From Eutreptiella sp. 'Long Island Sound 2002' (lineage: Eukaryota > Protista > Euglenida): a DNA stretch of 64,000 nucleotides. Below the pieces are notes generated by a model. That model saw only the letters and a program-made list of their open reading frames with translations, was not told the origin of the DNA and made no database searches. Shown piece by piece: positions 13,101 to 24,455 of the stretch; the stretch's first letter is position 1, and every line of letters begins with the position of its first letter. Made by a program: the position numbers and the translations under genes. The stretch lies in NCBI GenBank assembly GCA_964036045.1, contig OZ038378.1, positions 168,268,001 through 168,332,000 on the forward strand, read 5' to 3'.

Positions 13101-16100
13101 CATTCAAGTGTGGTGTGCAAGTGTTTTCCTGAGTGTATGTGAAAGCGCTCAGCCCTTGCGCACGTGCTACCGAAATTCGGCCCCGGCCTCCGGGAGCCTT
13201 TTTTTTTCGTGTATTTGCAGCAATACGGCTTGCGTGTTTTTATGGGTGTATGTGTGTTCAGTGTGTGTCACTATGTTTTGTGGTTTGTGAGTTTATGGTT
13301 CTGCTTCAGATGACGTTTGCCCGCTCAATATTTGCGTCGTGCTATGAGTAGTGGTAGCAAGACGGGGCAATGCACGGTGGGGCACAAGGACTGGCTCTGG
13401 GATAGATTCGTGTCTTTCGTTTTGCGTTACGTTTTGCGTTACGCTTTGCGTCATATACTGACATACATCCCACCCAGTTGCCACAGTAGAGTGATCCTAC
13501 TTTGTCTGCTTTTTGTCACAGATTTTGCTGCCATAAATTCTGCTTCCACAAATTCCACCTCTCCTCCTCCTCCCAATGAAAGCCCCCGGCTATGTCTGTT
13601 CTTGCCCGCACTTTCACCTTTAGGCTGACTCACTTCGTATTGTTTATTGCAGCCAGGCGCACACACTGTGTATGCCGTGGCGTCGTTCGTGTGTTGTTGG
13701 CGTCTGTTGGTTAGGTTTCACCCCTGCAACCATTGCCATCACACATCGGATAGCGGTGCAGAGTGCTGCGCCATTGACCTGTGTCCTACACAACTGCCCT
13801 CGCTAATATGCCATCGTAATGGCATTTAGCTGGCTGAGGGCAGTAGAACCCGCATAGGTCATAGGGCATAGGGCATTTATCCTTTTCACTGCATGTTTTC
13901 AGCACTCGTGCGCGAGCGTCGTTGTGTTGTCCAAAGGGCCAGTGCTGGTAGATTCCCGCAGAAAGCTCATGGGTATAGCCCTTACTGCCCGTTTCGATGT
14001 TTCCGCATGACTTTGCACGTACAGCTTTTGTGCTTCATGGGTGAGGGTCTGTAGCGATCCCAGTGAGCAGCATGGGGGTCATGGACCTACGGCCGCAGTG
14101 CTGATCGATATGTGTGCAGTTTTGAGGGATGTTGGGGCATGTGACCCAGTCATTTTGGTAACTGCATTAAATTTTTCAGTGTGTGCACCACCTGCGTTTC
14201 AGGGGCACAATCAATGCCCGTGTTCTTTGGCACGTGGCGTTTAGGTGTGCCAAGAAATCAGGGCATAAAATTGCATTCATCGGATTCCTCAGCAGGGCAC
14301 TGTTGTGTGACAGATCATTTGTTGTGCATGTCAAGATTTTAGTTGGAACCCAATTAAATTTTTTCTCGGTTCTAGTCTCGATGTGCATCTAATGTATTGG
14401 ACTCAATTCTTTTTGTGCTGGGCCTGGCTTTGACTGGGGCACAAGCATCTAATTGCAGCATTAGTGCCATTTTGCTGTAACGTGATCTGCCACTGGGGAA
14501 TCGCGAACTAGTTGCCACCAAAGCTAGAAGTCCAGACAGGCCAGCCTGATCACTGTGTGTTTGTTGGTTCATGTCCTGTACCACCAGATATGCAGAACCA
14601 GCTTTCAACTTATAGATTTTCCATCCCAGCGTTGCCTGTCTAAGTTTTAGAGTTTGGTATCATGCCGGTTTGCCGTGGCATCTGTGTAGTGCATCTGCAA
14701 CGTTCAATCTAATCCAAACCTGCATTTGCAACCAACCAAGCAGTAGATTGTTTTGGCAGAGCACATTGTCAATGGTATTTGGCAAGGTCAGGGCTTCCTG
14801 CTTTGTGGGAATTTTAGCCACCGCAACAGCGGTTGCATGCAGCCTGCAGCAGGAGTGTCAATGGCACTGGCCATTCCTTTTGGTTTTCCATTAGAGATAT
14901 ATTGATGTGTAGTTGTGTTTTTTTGTTTTTACGCACAGGAAGGCAAAACACAAACTCCCAGGGGCCGTTCAAACTAATTTGTTTGGGTCTCCTCGGGTTT
15001 GCATAACATGGAAGTGCTGCCTTTCCTAGCTGCATGATATATTATGTGCTGTGCTAAGTGCTGTGTTGATCAAGTTGTGTTCTTATTTTATGTGTTTATG
15101 TTCATCTGATAAAAACAAAGTGTTGCAACAGACGCCCAAAATCAGTCTGCCAGCCATGACATGTGGTAGTCATATATGCTCATCAAAATCATTGATGGGC
15201 TATATTGGAGGAATTGTCTCCTTGTTGTAGAAGGGTATCCGCATGGCACGTGCACAAGGTGTACGCCATGCAGCCCAAAATGTAGCCAATGCTAATCATT
15301 GCTGCTTGCACAACTGAATACCAAGTAACCTGCTGGGTCTGAAGCCAACCAAATATCATTTAATCTTTGAGGCTTCAGTGTGAGAGGTGCCGAGTCATCA
15401 CACCAGGATCTTTTTAGGGTCCTGCATCAGTGCATGCCACTCACGGACTCAGCATCTGTGTGAACTTGGATAATTCTGGTTGCAGTTGTTCTTTGCACGT
15501 CTGCGTGGAATTGCACTTTTTGGACAGAGGGGCACAATCATGCAGAACCCTCGCGCCATTTTGCATGCATTTTGAAAAATTTTAGTGGACCCACAACAGT
15601 TGCAGGAACTCTCGCATTGGCGGTTGCATGATGGTACATGTCTGAAGCTTGTTCAAAGCAGCCAACGAAAACTGGTATGGTATGCAACAACTGACATGGT
15701 ATTGTTGTGTCAAAGAGCCTTTTCATGGCCCCCCAACTCCACGACATATGAAATGCTTGAGACAGAGGCAAAATAACCCAAAAAGGAACCTTAACAAGGT
15801 ATGCTGTTTGCACATGTTGTGATGTAGATACTCAGGTTTTGTCTCCTCTCAGCTTGCAAACAATGTGTCTATATCTTGTGTTGTCCCAGGTGCCAACAGC
15901 TGTTTTGGGCCAACAATAGCTGCTTTTTTCCGCAGTGGGGGGTAGAACAGCATGGGGGGCGCCCAGATGCAGTCCCTGACCCCCCCCCCCCCCCGCCCCC
16001 CTCTCTGGGGGGCCAAAATGTTTGAGAGGTGCAGACCTTCATGTGTTACGAGTTTTCAAGTGGCAAAAATAGTTTTCTTGCTGTTACCAATGTGCCATAT

Positions 16101-17942
16101 ATTTATAAGTCGTCTCCAAGACATGAGCAACATTGGACATGTCATTTGTCTTTACGTGAGTTTGGACATAGACAAGGGACATTATACATTTTTTGGGGGG
16201 CATTTTTACAATTTTTGTCCATAACGGTGTTTGAGTGCTGCTCTTTTTGACTTCGTTCCCTGGAGTGTGTGTACCCGTTCTCTTTGACCAATGGTGATTC
16301 AGCAGGGAAAGAGTAGTGCTACTCACATGAGCTACATCAGCCATTATCAAGTCAACAACCCTATGTTATGGTATGTTTTTGATTTGGAGCTGCGTCAATT
16401 TTTCCATTTTCATGATTTTTCTTGGAAAAACGTTTCAGTGTCTTTGTCTAGGCTCATATGCTTGGAGTAGCATGGTATAGGTCCAGTGTACATTCATTGA
16501 CTTTGGCTTTGGTTTTTCGTCAATTTCTCATAGAGTTACTCAATTTCTAATATTTTGCATTTTGGCCAAATTTGGACTTTTTGCCCAAAATGGCTTACCA
16601 AGATATTTATAATTTCGTGTTGCACACCACCCATGGGGCAAGTAAGTATTGTTCTTTGGCACATGTTTTAATGCCAATCGTGCGTGAATATCACATATTC
16701 CCATCACTCATGGTTTTAGATATTTCACTTCTGCTTGGCTATGCATTTTGCTTTGCTCATGTTGTGGTTAGAGCTGGCCCTAACTATGGTGGTATCTTTT
16801 TTGTCTTCAGTAGTCCGCTTTTGCAGCGCCATTTAGAGTCCTATACATTTGTTGTTAGGGGACCGAGGTGTAGATGCATGTGTTTACGGCAGTGCGTGGC
16901 ATGCACACATAGGCGAGAATGAAGCAAAGAGTGAGAGTAAGATTCTGAAGCTCACTATGATTGTCCTATCCCCTTCGGACCCACCAAGCACATTGATCTT
17001 TCATAATATACACTATACTGCACCTTTGTAGTTGGAAGTATTAGACTTTGGGACACCGAGGAGAAGAGTAGGACAGTGAGAGCATATTTGTTCAGCTGAC
17101 TACTCACCAAGCACGCTTCTTCTTTGCTCCAAACCTAGTCAAAATGGGGCCTTGAACTCCGGACACACAAGCCTCGGACAAAAAAAACCAAACAAGGAAT
17201 ACAAGCCCAGGTTGATTCAAGCCGTTTGGGATTCGACGATGTGGGCCCATGGGCCTTCCGGTCCTATGTAATTCCCATGTATTTGGGTACGTCCGAAGCT
17301 CCCACAAGCTGGGCGAAGTGGGGTTTGCTTGGAGTCCCTTTTCACTACGAGCAAAGGATTGGAAAGCATACCCTTAGACGTCGCGCTCAGCTTGTTCGAC
17401 ACCTATCTTGGTGAATGGCCGGCTATGTACCCGGGTCATGTGTCTTCCAACAGACACATGCGGAAATTTTTCACTCTTTTTCAATGTAGAGGTTTGAGGT
17501 CACACGGCAACCTTAGTAACATAATGGCGCTTTGTGCCCCACATAGTCTTTACCTCTATTCACTTCTATACACTTCTAGCCAAGTAATTGAGCCCCTGAG
17601 ATAGCCAACACTTGCTAAGCTGCCCCAACCATGCTTCATGGTTGCCAAGTGCACAGCAAGCAACTGCTGGCATCCGAAACAACTGATGTTATTCTTGTTT
17701 GTCACCAATACACTGAGAAAGTTCGCTCAGCTGCAGCAGCAAGTGGTGAGTCTTTGTTGTGCAAGAATCCTTCGGATGCTATGTATGCCGCCGGTCAACA
17801 CAAAAATGTTACGATTTTCACACGCACACAGACCCCCATATTCACATATGTCCCTCTCCTGCACTCTCTGGGGGCAATCTCAGTGGTCTCCATGGCATCC
17901 ATTTAGAGATGACCGTGCGGACCGGATCTCATAGATAGTGAG

Positions 17943-18080
17943 AACACGGAGGATGGCCGCCTGCTAAGTGCACAAATGCCCACTGTGGCCCAACCTGAGA
18001 TCGTCCTAAAGTACGGGTCCTCGGCACAATTGTGGCGCACGCTAGACCATGGGGAAGTTCCGCAAGGCTTCTCCAAGACT
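17943..18080 (+). mobile_element. 5' piece of an RNase H-bearing non-LTR retrotransposon ORF, cut by the 18081-24455 insertion
   Basis: Open frame NTEDGRLLSAQMPTVAQPEIVLKYGSSAQLWRTLDHGEVPQGFSK(T). It joins in frame to 24466 once the insertion and one 10-bp TSD copy are removed. Confidence 0.65.
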
Positions 18081-18966
18081 TAGGCGGCTCAAGTTGCATG
18101 GTCAAAAACGAAGGAAAAGGTAGGAAAATGACAGGTTTCCAAAGGCATCAAAAAATAGTTGTTTTGATGGATATTTTAAAAACGTCGCAAACAAGTATGG
18201 TAGATTAACTATTTCTATAAGAATGATGTGTCCCATGGGCGAGACAGGGAAAAGTATTGTTTGGTGACCATTCTTTGCGCGAGGCCTCGCGCAAAGACGT
18301 TCATTTGTGTCAGATTAATGTGCTACAGCACGACGCATTAGGCAGGTTGTCGAAAAATGGAACCCTGTCGTATTTATACACGTAACTTAGTACCATTATG
18401 AGGATTGCGTGACAGAGATGGATCTATTAACGAATAAACTTTAACAAGTGTGTACCCAAGAATCTTGAAAAGTATAAATGTTCCGGAACAAACTGCAGTT
18501 TCAAGCGCGAGGCCTCGCGCATGGAACGGCGCATGAGAAACATTGAAGTTTCGGTGATCATTGCGCGAGGCCTCTCGCAATGGAGGTCACAAGCGCTCAT
18601 AGAAACCAAAATTGGACAGATCCACCAACTACACAGCATGTACATTCCCTTGATGCGGCGCTGCTGCATGGGCGCCCATAAAGGTCCCGCCGGCATCTCC
18701 GGTTTTCATACTGTGGTCACCGCTGGCTTCACTGCCCAACAGCGATAGTAGTGCGCCGCAACTGGCTACCGCAATCAGGATTAACTAGTCAAATGTGGGA
18801 TCAGCAGACAGTTACAGCTAACCGAAAATGGTGCATGCGACAAGCGAATCACAGAATAATTGGTCGCGCGAAAACTGTGAGACAGGTTGATGTTTGAAAT
18901 CAAGAAAGTTTTTCAAACGGCGATTTTTACATAGATACAGGTACGCATTCATTCTTCACAGCAACA

Positions 18967-20950
18967 GTGCCCCTGCGAAAAGAGGTGGACCTTGAGAAGA
19001 CAGTGGCCGTAGCATCCGGAGTTTTCCGCGATGTCTGCTCAGAGGAACCGCCGTACCACACGGCAGAAGAAATGTGGGAAGGACTAAAACAGGGGGACGA
19101 GGGCGCGCGATTGTTGTTTGTGTTTTTTTTGCGTCTGCGCAAAAATGAACGGACGCATTGCAGCGTTGAAAAGGCGATTGCGGCAGAAGGCAAGAGATGG
19201 GTTGGTGTTTTGATAGAGGAGGCCTGGCGCCTTTATTTGCTGATGCGCCACCGCGCATTTCCATACCAGGGAAAACCAAAGTCAGTTGTTGCGGTAGAGG
19301 GAAGTAGGGCGCAGCGTCGCATTTTAGCAAGGTCAGGTTTGGCGCGATACAGCGCACCTTCGCTGAAGGAGAGGGCCGCAGTCAGGTTACAGACTACATG
19401 GAACAAAATACACCAACAGTGGGTTGTGTTGTGGATGGACAACTGGTACAACAAACAGTTTACCACAAATCCTGACAAGAACGACAAAAGCCTGAACGCA
19501 ACAGTGTTGGCTGTGTTGCTACTGAAGGATGCACCGCGCTACTGGCATGGTCATCCTAGCCTGGAAGAGCTCGACGGCGTGTTCCTGTTGTTGCACGCAT
19601 GCTGGGAAACACCGAGGGAACGTTTGCACGTATCCTGCACGATCTAGGATTTGCAAGCACGCGACCTGTTGTGCGAAACATTAGGGCACCGCTTGACATT
19701 ATTCGCCCTGTGCCTGCCAAGAGACCACATTGGCGACCCCTTTGTCTAAGCAAAGAAAAGGTAAGCGGCAACATATCGCTTCTTAACCTACTGCAATTTA
19801 CTAGGGACTTGGCGCAGCACACCCGACCAGTTGTCCCTGTTCTATGTGATGAGAACATCCATTACCGCATTTGTAAGATGATGTACGGTGAAAAAACAAC
19901 GGGTTGGAACGTCCGGCGTTTTTTGCGTTCACACCCTATATCATATGGTTTTTGGCACGTGTACAAATTTTGCGTTACACAAACATTTCGCTCATTTTGG
20001 CCGATTGTGACCTTTTTCCGTAAGGGCTTGTTGCGCAGCGGTGACACAGTCCCCTGTTTTCCCAAGCCGATCACAGTGGAGATAACTGTTGGTGCACTGT
20101 TGTTGGGTATGGGCCCCCACATACGGCGCCTTAACCGAAAATGTCATTCCCTTGAGCTGCCACGTCCTGCAAATCGGCGAAGTCGCCTCCGTTACGCTGT
20201 GTGTAAGGCCATATAGGTTCTGTTAACACAATACTGTCCTATGTTACTATACCTAGGACACCTCGTTAGGCAGTGCAATTGGGCTGGGGAGACGGCCAAC
20301 ACGAGTGTTTTGCTTCTGAGGGATTGCAGATTGTTATGTGTTTGTTAGACCGTTTGAACATGGGGGACGCACTTTTAAAATACGAACGCACTGTTGCAAC
20401 TGCGCTATTCTGCCACACTGCATGGCACACAGCCATGCCTGGACAGGCTTTTGCCGAGGAGTTTTGTGAAAGTCTGCTTTCCAGCCTTGTGACAAAGAAA
20501 GGCCAAAACAGAGGTGCAGTAACCATTGAAGATGTTGACGATCTGTATCAGCTCATCACTTTCCGCAAAGAAGGTCACAGGGTGAACGTCTGTAAAATCC
20601 CCAATTCCTTTGTCAATTCCGTGCTTGAGCGGTTAACTGCTTACTTGAACGCAGAGCGTGTATATGTGCCTTGGGTTAGGTGGTGTGCTGAGCCTACTTG
20701 TACAATTCAGACGCATTGGCCGCGCAGGGGTGTACCTAACTTTCCACCGTCTCTTCTAATTCCAAAGGGTTCTAACCACTACAAACAAGTCCTTGTGTCT
20801 GCGTTGTTGGTGCTAACGCCGCAGGGGCCACTTAAGGCTGGTTTCAAGCGAAAACTATCGGAGCTGATCCCCCAACGCAGTGTGTTGGAGGAACAGAGAG
20901 AGGCCGACACGCTGCGAAACGTTCGAAGAAGATTGGAGAACATGCAGTAA
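18967..20950 (+). pseudogene. DDE (RNase H-fold) transposase, Academ/DUF6589-like; two frameshifts and one stop
   Basis: ORFs 18967-19647, 19599-20216 and 20273-20950 join via a frameshift at ~19572, a TAG at 20214 and a frameshift at ~20300. Motifs in order: WMDNWY, VLCDENIHYR, YGFWHVYK, LVRQCNW, KYERTV, AFAEEFCESLLSSL. This fits the DN / D / GxxH / RxGxW / Y / E layout of Academ-type transposases. Confidence 0.7.
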
Positions 20951-21161
20951 TGCGCGAGGCCTCGCGCAAACAGCATGAAACAACAGGTTAGTACACCCCC
21001 TCTCTTGCGCGAGGCCTCGCGCAAGGTTAACAGTTAAAAACAGTGCCGTGCCCTTTCAGTTTTTGCATTCTCAACCATACTGTACTCGTATTCGCTAAAA
21101 GCGCTCCACATATGCATCAATGTTATGTTTCCTTCAATACAGGCTTTCTTCTTATCGCAGA

Positions 21162-23958
21162 ATGGCAAGCCCCGCCAAAAAAACAGCCGAGGAACGAGAA
21201 GATACCGACTATGACCCTGGGACCTCGGGATCAGAGGGTGGAACACCAAAGAAGGGGCGTAAGAAGAAGGAAACACCAGATCCTGGCTTAACCTTGGGTA
21301 CTGACATCGAGGACCACCTGAAGCCGGATGGGAGACAGGTGGAGGTTGAGCTGGACAACGTGAGAATCGACCAGGAGAAGACAAAGGGGCAGATTAGACG
21401 GATCAACGGAAAGATACGAAGTTACTGCAGAAGCGTATTGAGTCACTCGAAGCAGCACCGCCAACAGGCCCATTACACGTCGTTCTCTGGGAAGATAATA
21501 GTATGTTGCCAACGGACTTTTCGCTCTTCTCGTTGCGCGAGCCCTCGCGCATAGATGTGTCTCATATTTGCAGATGGCGATTATTGGTGTGTATCTGGAC
21601 AGCATAGCGTGGAAGCGATTGCGAAGATTCGGGAAAAGCGACGTACAGCGTGTCTGGATCTGCAGCAGTGGCATACCGTATGCATCGCCGATATTCTGAA
21701 GCCTACGACACCATGGGCCTTCCGTGCAAAGCTGGCGGGACAAGCACAAGGAAGCGCACAAGACATTGAGCCAATTCCGCTGTATGAGGCAGCAGATAAC
21801 CTCATTCGATGTGTTGAAGATCAGCGGCGGCGAGGCCTGGCTGACACGTATAGCAATCTCAAGATCGCCATTGTGGATGCTGTGCAGATGAGTGCCCTTG
21901 TTCCAACCGCTGAAATGAAGCAACCTGGTCAATTCGTATGTTCATCAATTGTTGTTTCGGTGCTCTCTTCGTTGCGCGAGGCCTCGCGCATAATGTTGTC
22001 ACTTTCAGGACAAAACGTATAAATTGTGGAAAGATTTTATGACGTTTGCCTACTATGTTGGTCCGGAAGCTGTGAAAGGTCTGCAGAAGTTCCACGACAA
22101 AGGGGAGAAAGTCACGAAGAACGCGCTGAAGAAACTGGACGGGATCCTGTTGCCGGAGTTCTACAACAAAGTGGCAAAAGTGATGCAGGAAGAAAAAACA
22201 ACCCTTAAATCCTTGCAGAATTCATTTGACGACATCATCCTTGAGCAGTGGGTCTCAATGCATCGGGACCACCCGCACAACGGCTAGTACGTTCGACCTG
22301 AGAAAGGTGTGTACCATCGATGAGACGTGGGTTCCGTTTCTGCATCGGTGCGCCGCACTTTCTCCATTTCTGTTCTTTAGCCAAAGACATGCGGACCCGC
22401 AAAGAGGTTGCTGCACTTGGAAGGCCTGCCCTGAAGGTGACTCTTGGTACATGGGGCTATTGGCGGGAACTTGAAGGCAAAAGTCGCGGTCCCTGGCCGG
22501 CATGGAAATCCATGATTCGCGCACCACTGTGGCAAGTGGCAGAGAAAGGCAAACCCGCCTCCCTGAAAATACTCAACGTCCAAAAATTCCTTGGTCAAGA
22601 GCCTACCAGGAGCCGTGTGGTCCCCCCACCTGCTGGCGTTACTGGTGACTTCAAGACAGTGGAACAGCAGGATCCGTCACTGTCAACTCAAACTATCACA
22701 GTTAAGGCGACCCGAATTGCAGCGTTGACCCACGATCCCCCGAGGCGGTTTATTGAGATTGACAAGAACCTGATTGTCATCAACGGCGACATATTTGAAC
22801 ATCTTGCTCCTGAGATGATGTGCCCAGCCTGGCTGTATGAAGAGATGGCGCGTGCCGATACCCTTATCTGCGGCTCCAAAACTGTTGTTGACAACATGTT
22901 CAACGTGCTGGAAACGGAAACAGAGAGACATCTCAACGATGATTTCAACGCGCCGCGCATTGGCAACATGTTGCTTATTCCCATCTTCAGTTGGCCAGTC
23001 AAACCGAAGCCTGCAGGGGATCCTACAACGTTTGACGTTCGCTGGTTGCTGATTTCGTCACCGGATAGCTGGTCGAGAAAGGTATAATTCCCTCATTACG
23101 TCCGCTCTTTGCGCGAGGCCTCGCGCAATAACTTCTCCCTCATTGCAGATTCCGAATTATCTGACGTTTGGACCTACTCAAGTAGAGGAGATGGATCCTA
23201 TTGAATTTGGCGGTCACCTTCCGATAACGACGGTTATGTGGTATTTCGACACTCACCTCTTTTACCTGAAGCAGGATAAGAGCTTCAAGCCTGCGTTTGT
23301 GTTCATTGATCATCAGCCGGATCTGGTGTGCAAGATCGCGGCCATCGAGCCGGATTCTCGCATGTACCTTCTTGGTGTTACCTCCGACAATCTCTCCGAT
23401 TGGGTCAACAGAGTCCAGACTCAGTTGAACCACGTATTGACACAAGAGTCAAAACTGCACGTGTTTGGTGATTGGGACCAGCAAGCCAGCTGAGCAAACC
23501 GTGGTATTCCCCTTTGGGTTCGCGATGACAAGGTGGGTTCTGATGCGTTGTCGCTGAAGGAGGAAGAGACCGTTGAGAAAGGTCAAGCTGCAGAAGCACT
23601 GGCCCCTGCAAAGCGGAAGTCTACTCGTGGGGAACCAGCCCCCAAGAAGAAGAAGACTACCTCCAAGCCTCAGGCAGCGAAGTCGGTTACCGGTGCAGAA
23701 TCCGACGAGAGCGATGGGGATGAAGAGGGGGAGAGCGAGGACGAAGAGGAGGAGGAAGCGCAGGTCTCCCAGGGCAAGGCAGCGAAGAAAGTGGCAGCGA
23801 AGCCGAGGTCCGAGGAAACCGGGGCCCGAGCTCCATTCAAGCAGCCAGCCCGTCAGTCCCAACCAAGAAGCGCGCCTGCAAAGCCACCGCCTAAGGGTAA
23901 CACATCCGTTGCTAAGGCATTGGGTTCTAAGATGCAAACTGTTCCGAAAAAAAAGTAA
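21162..23958 (+). pseudogene. Five-exon cargo gene: ParB/Srx-like N-terminal domain, unknown middle region, acidic and Lys-rich tail
   Basis: Exons 21162-21500, 21574-21935, 22009-22306, 22381-23081 and 23149-23958. GT-AG introns of 73, 73, 74 and 67 nt. Phases are consistent if a 1-nt frameshift at ~21408 is allowed. In-frame stops at 22285 (TAG) and 23491 (TGA). Spliced N-terminus: VELDNVRIDQEKTKGQIRRI..DTKLLQKRIESLEAAPPTGPLHVVLWEDNNGDYWCVSGQHSVEAIAKI, resembling the ParB QPR...SI...G...PIxV...Y.++.GxxRxxA pattern. Confidence 0.75.
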
Positions 23959-24455
23959 TTTCTTCGCTTGTTCTAATATATTATGCGCGAATGCTCGCGC
24001 TGTGTATTCCTCTTCGACGACCTTTATGCTGTCACCTTGTGCGGCACATTTTTCTCTGTGATGCATTTTATTGCGCTGTTGTGTTGGTGTTTGCGCGAGG
24101 CCTCGCGCAAAGAAGGGGTGCCAAAAAATGCTTCTTGTCGTGCAGCGTGGAACATGGTTTTCGAAAACTGGTTTCCCAAAAGATTGAAAGCTCATGGGTG
24201 TTTTTATTGCAAAGCATAAGTGGTATAGGAAACAAAAAGTCGTGGTTTTCCCAAAAAAGAACTTCATTTTGGTGGAAATAAATCATTTTCCCGGGCAGTC
24301 GGTTTTGTTGAAAATAAAGGAAAATGGACCAATTAAGTGCTTTTCACGGGATCTTTGGTTCTTGTGTTTTACGTCCCCCCCAAAAGGACTATTTTTTCGC
24401 AGTGCCGTAGAGAGGCAGTTTTGGGCACATTTTCACCATGCAACTAACACGCCTA

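Larger units (their letters stand above)
18272..24111. repeat. Dispersed 16-bp palindrome GCGCGAGGCCTCGCGC (7 perfect, 3 variant, 1 collapsed copy)
   Basis: Perfect cores start at 18277, 18505, 20952, 21007, 21974, 23111 and 24093. Variants start at 18563, 21535 and 23985. A remnant GTGCGCCGCAC is at 22348. Not seen outside 18081-24455. Confidence 0.95.
18081..24455 (+). mobile_element. Academ-like DNA transposon (6375 bp) with a transposase and an intron-containing ParB-like cargo gene
   Basis: Left end TAGGCGGCTCAAGTTGCATGGTCAAAA; reverse complement of the right end TAGGCGTGTTAGTTGCATGGTGAAAA. Flanks CTCCAAGACT (18071-18080) and AACCAAGAGA (24456-24465) share the core CCAAGA at the offset expected for a 10-bp TSD. 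Removing the element restores the host LINE reading frame. Confidence 0.8.

Noticed and set aside
20885-20915. EADT near the transposase C-terminus as an XPG-like nuclease motif
   Set aside because: A four-residue match 14 aa from the stop, with no room for a nuclease domain.
18967-20950. Assignment of the transposase to the KDZ (Kyakuja-Dileera-Zisupton) family
   Set aside because: It lacks the P.FH...H...C and GE..E..W motifs. The DN/D/GxWH/RxxxW/E pattern and TAG termini fit Academ better, pending HMM confirmation.
18272-24111. CRISPR-like array made of the repeated palindromes
   Set aside because: Spacing is irregular (about 55 to 2400 bp), the intervening sequence is exonic, there are no cas genes, and the context is eukaryotic.
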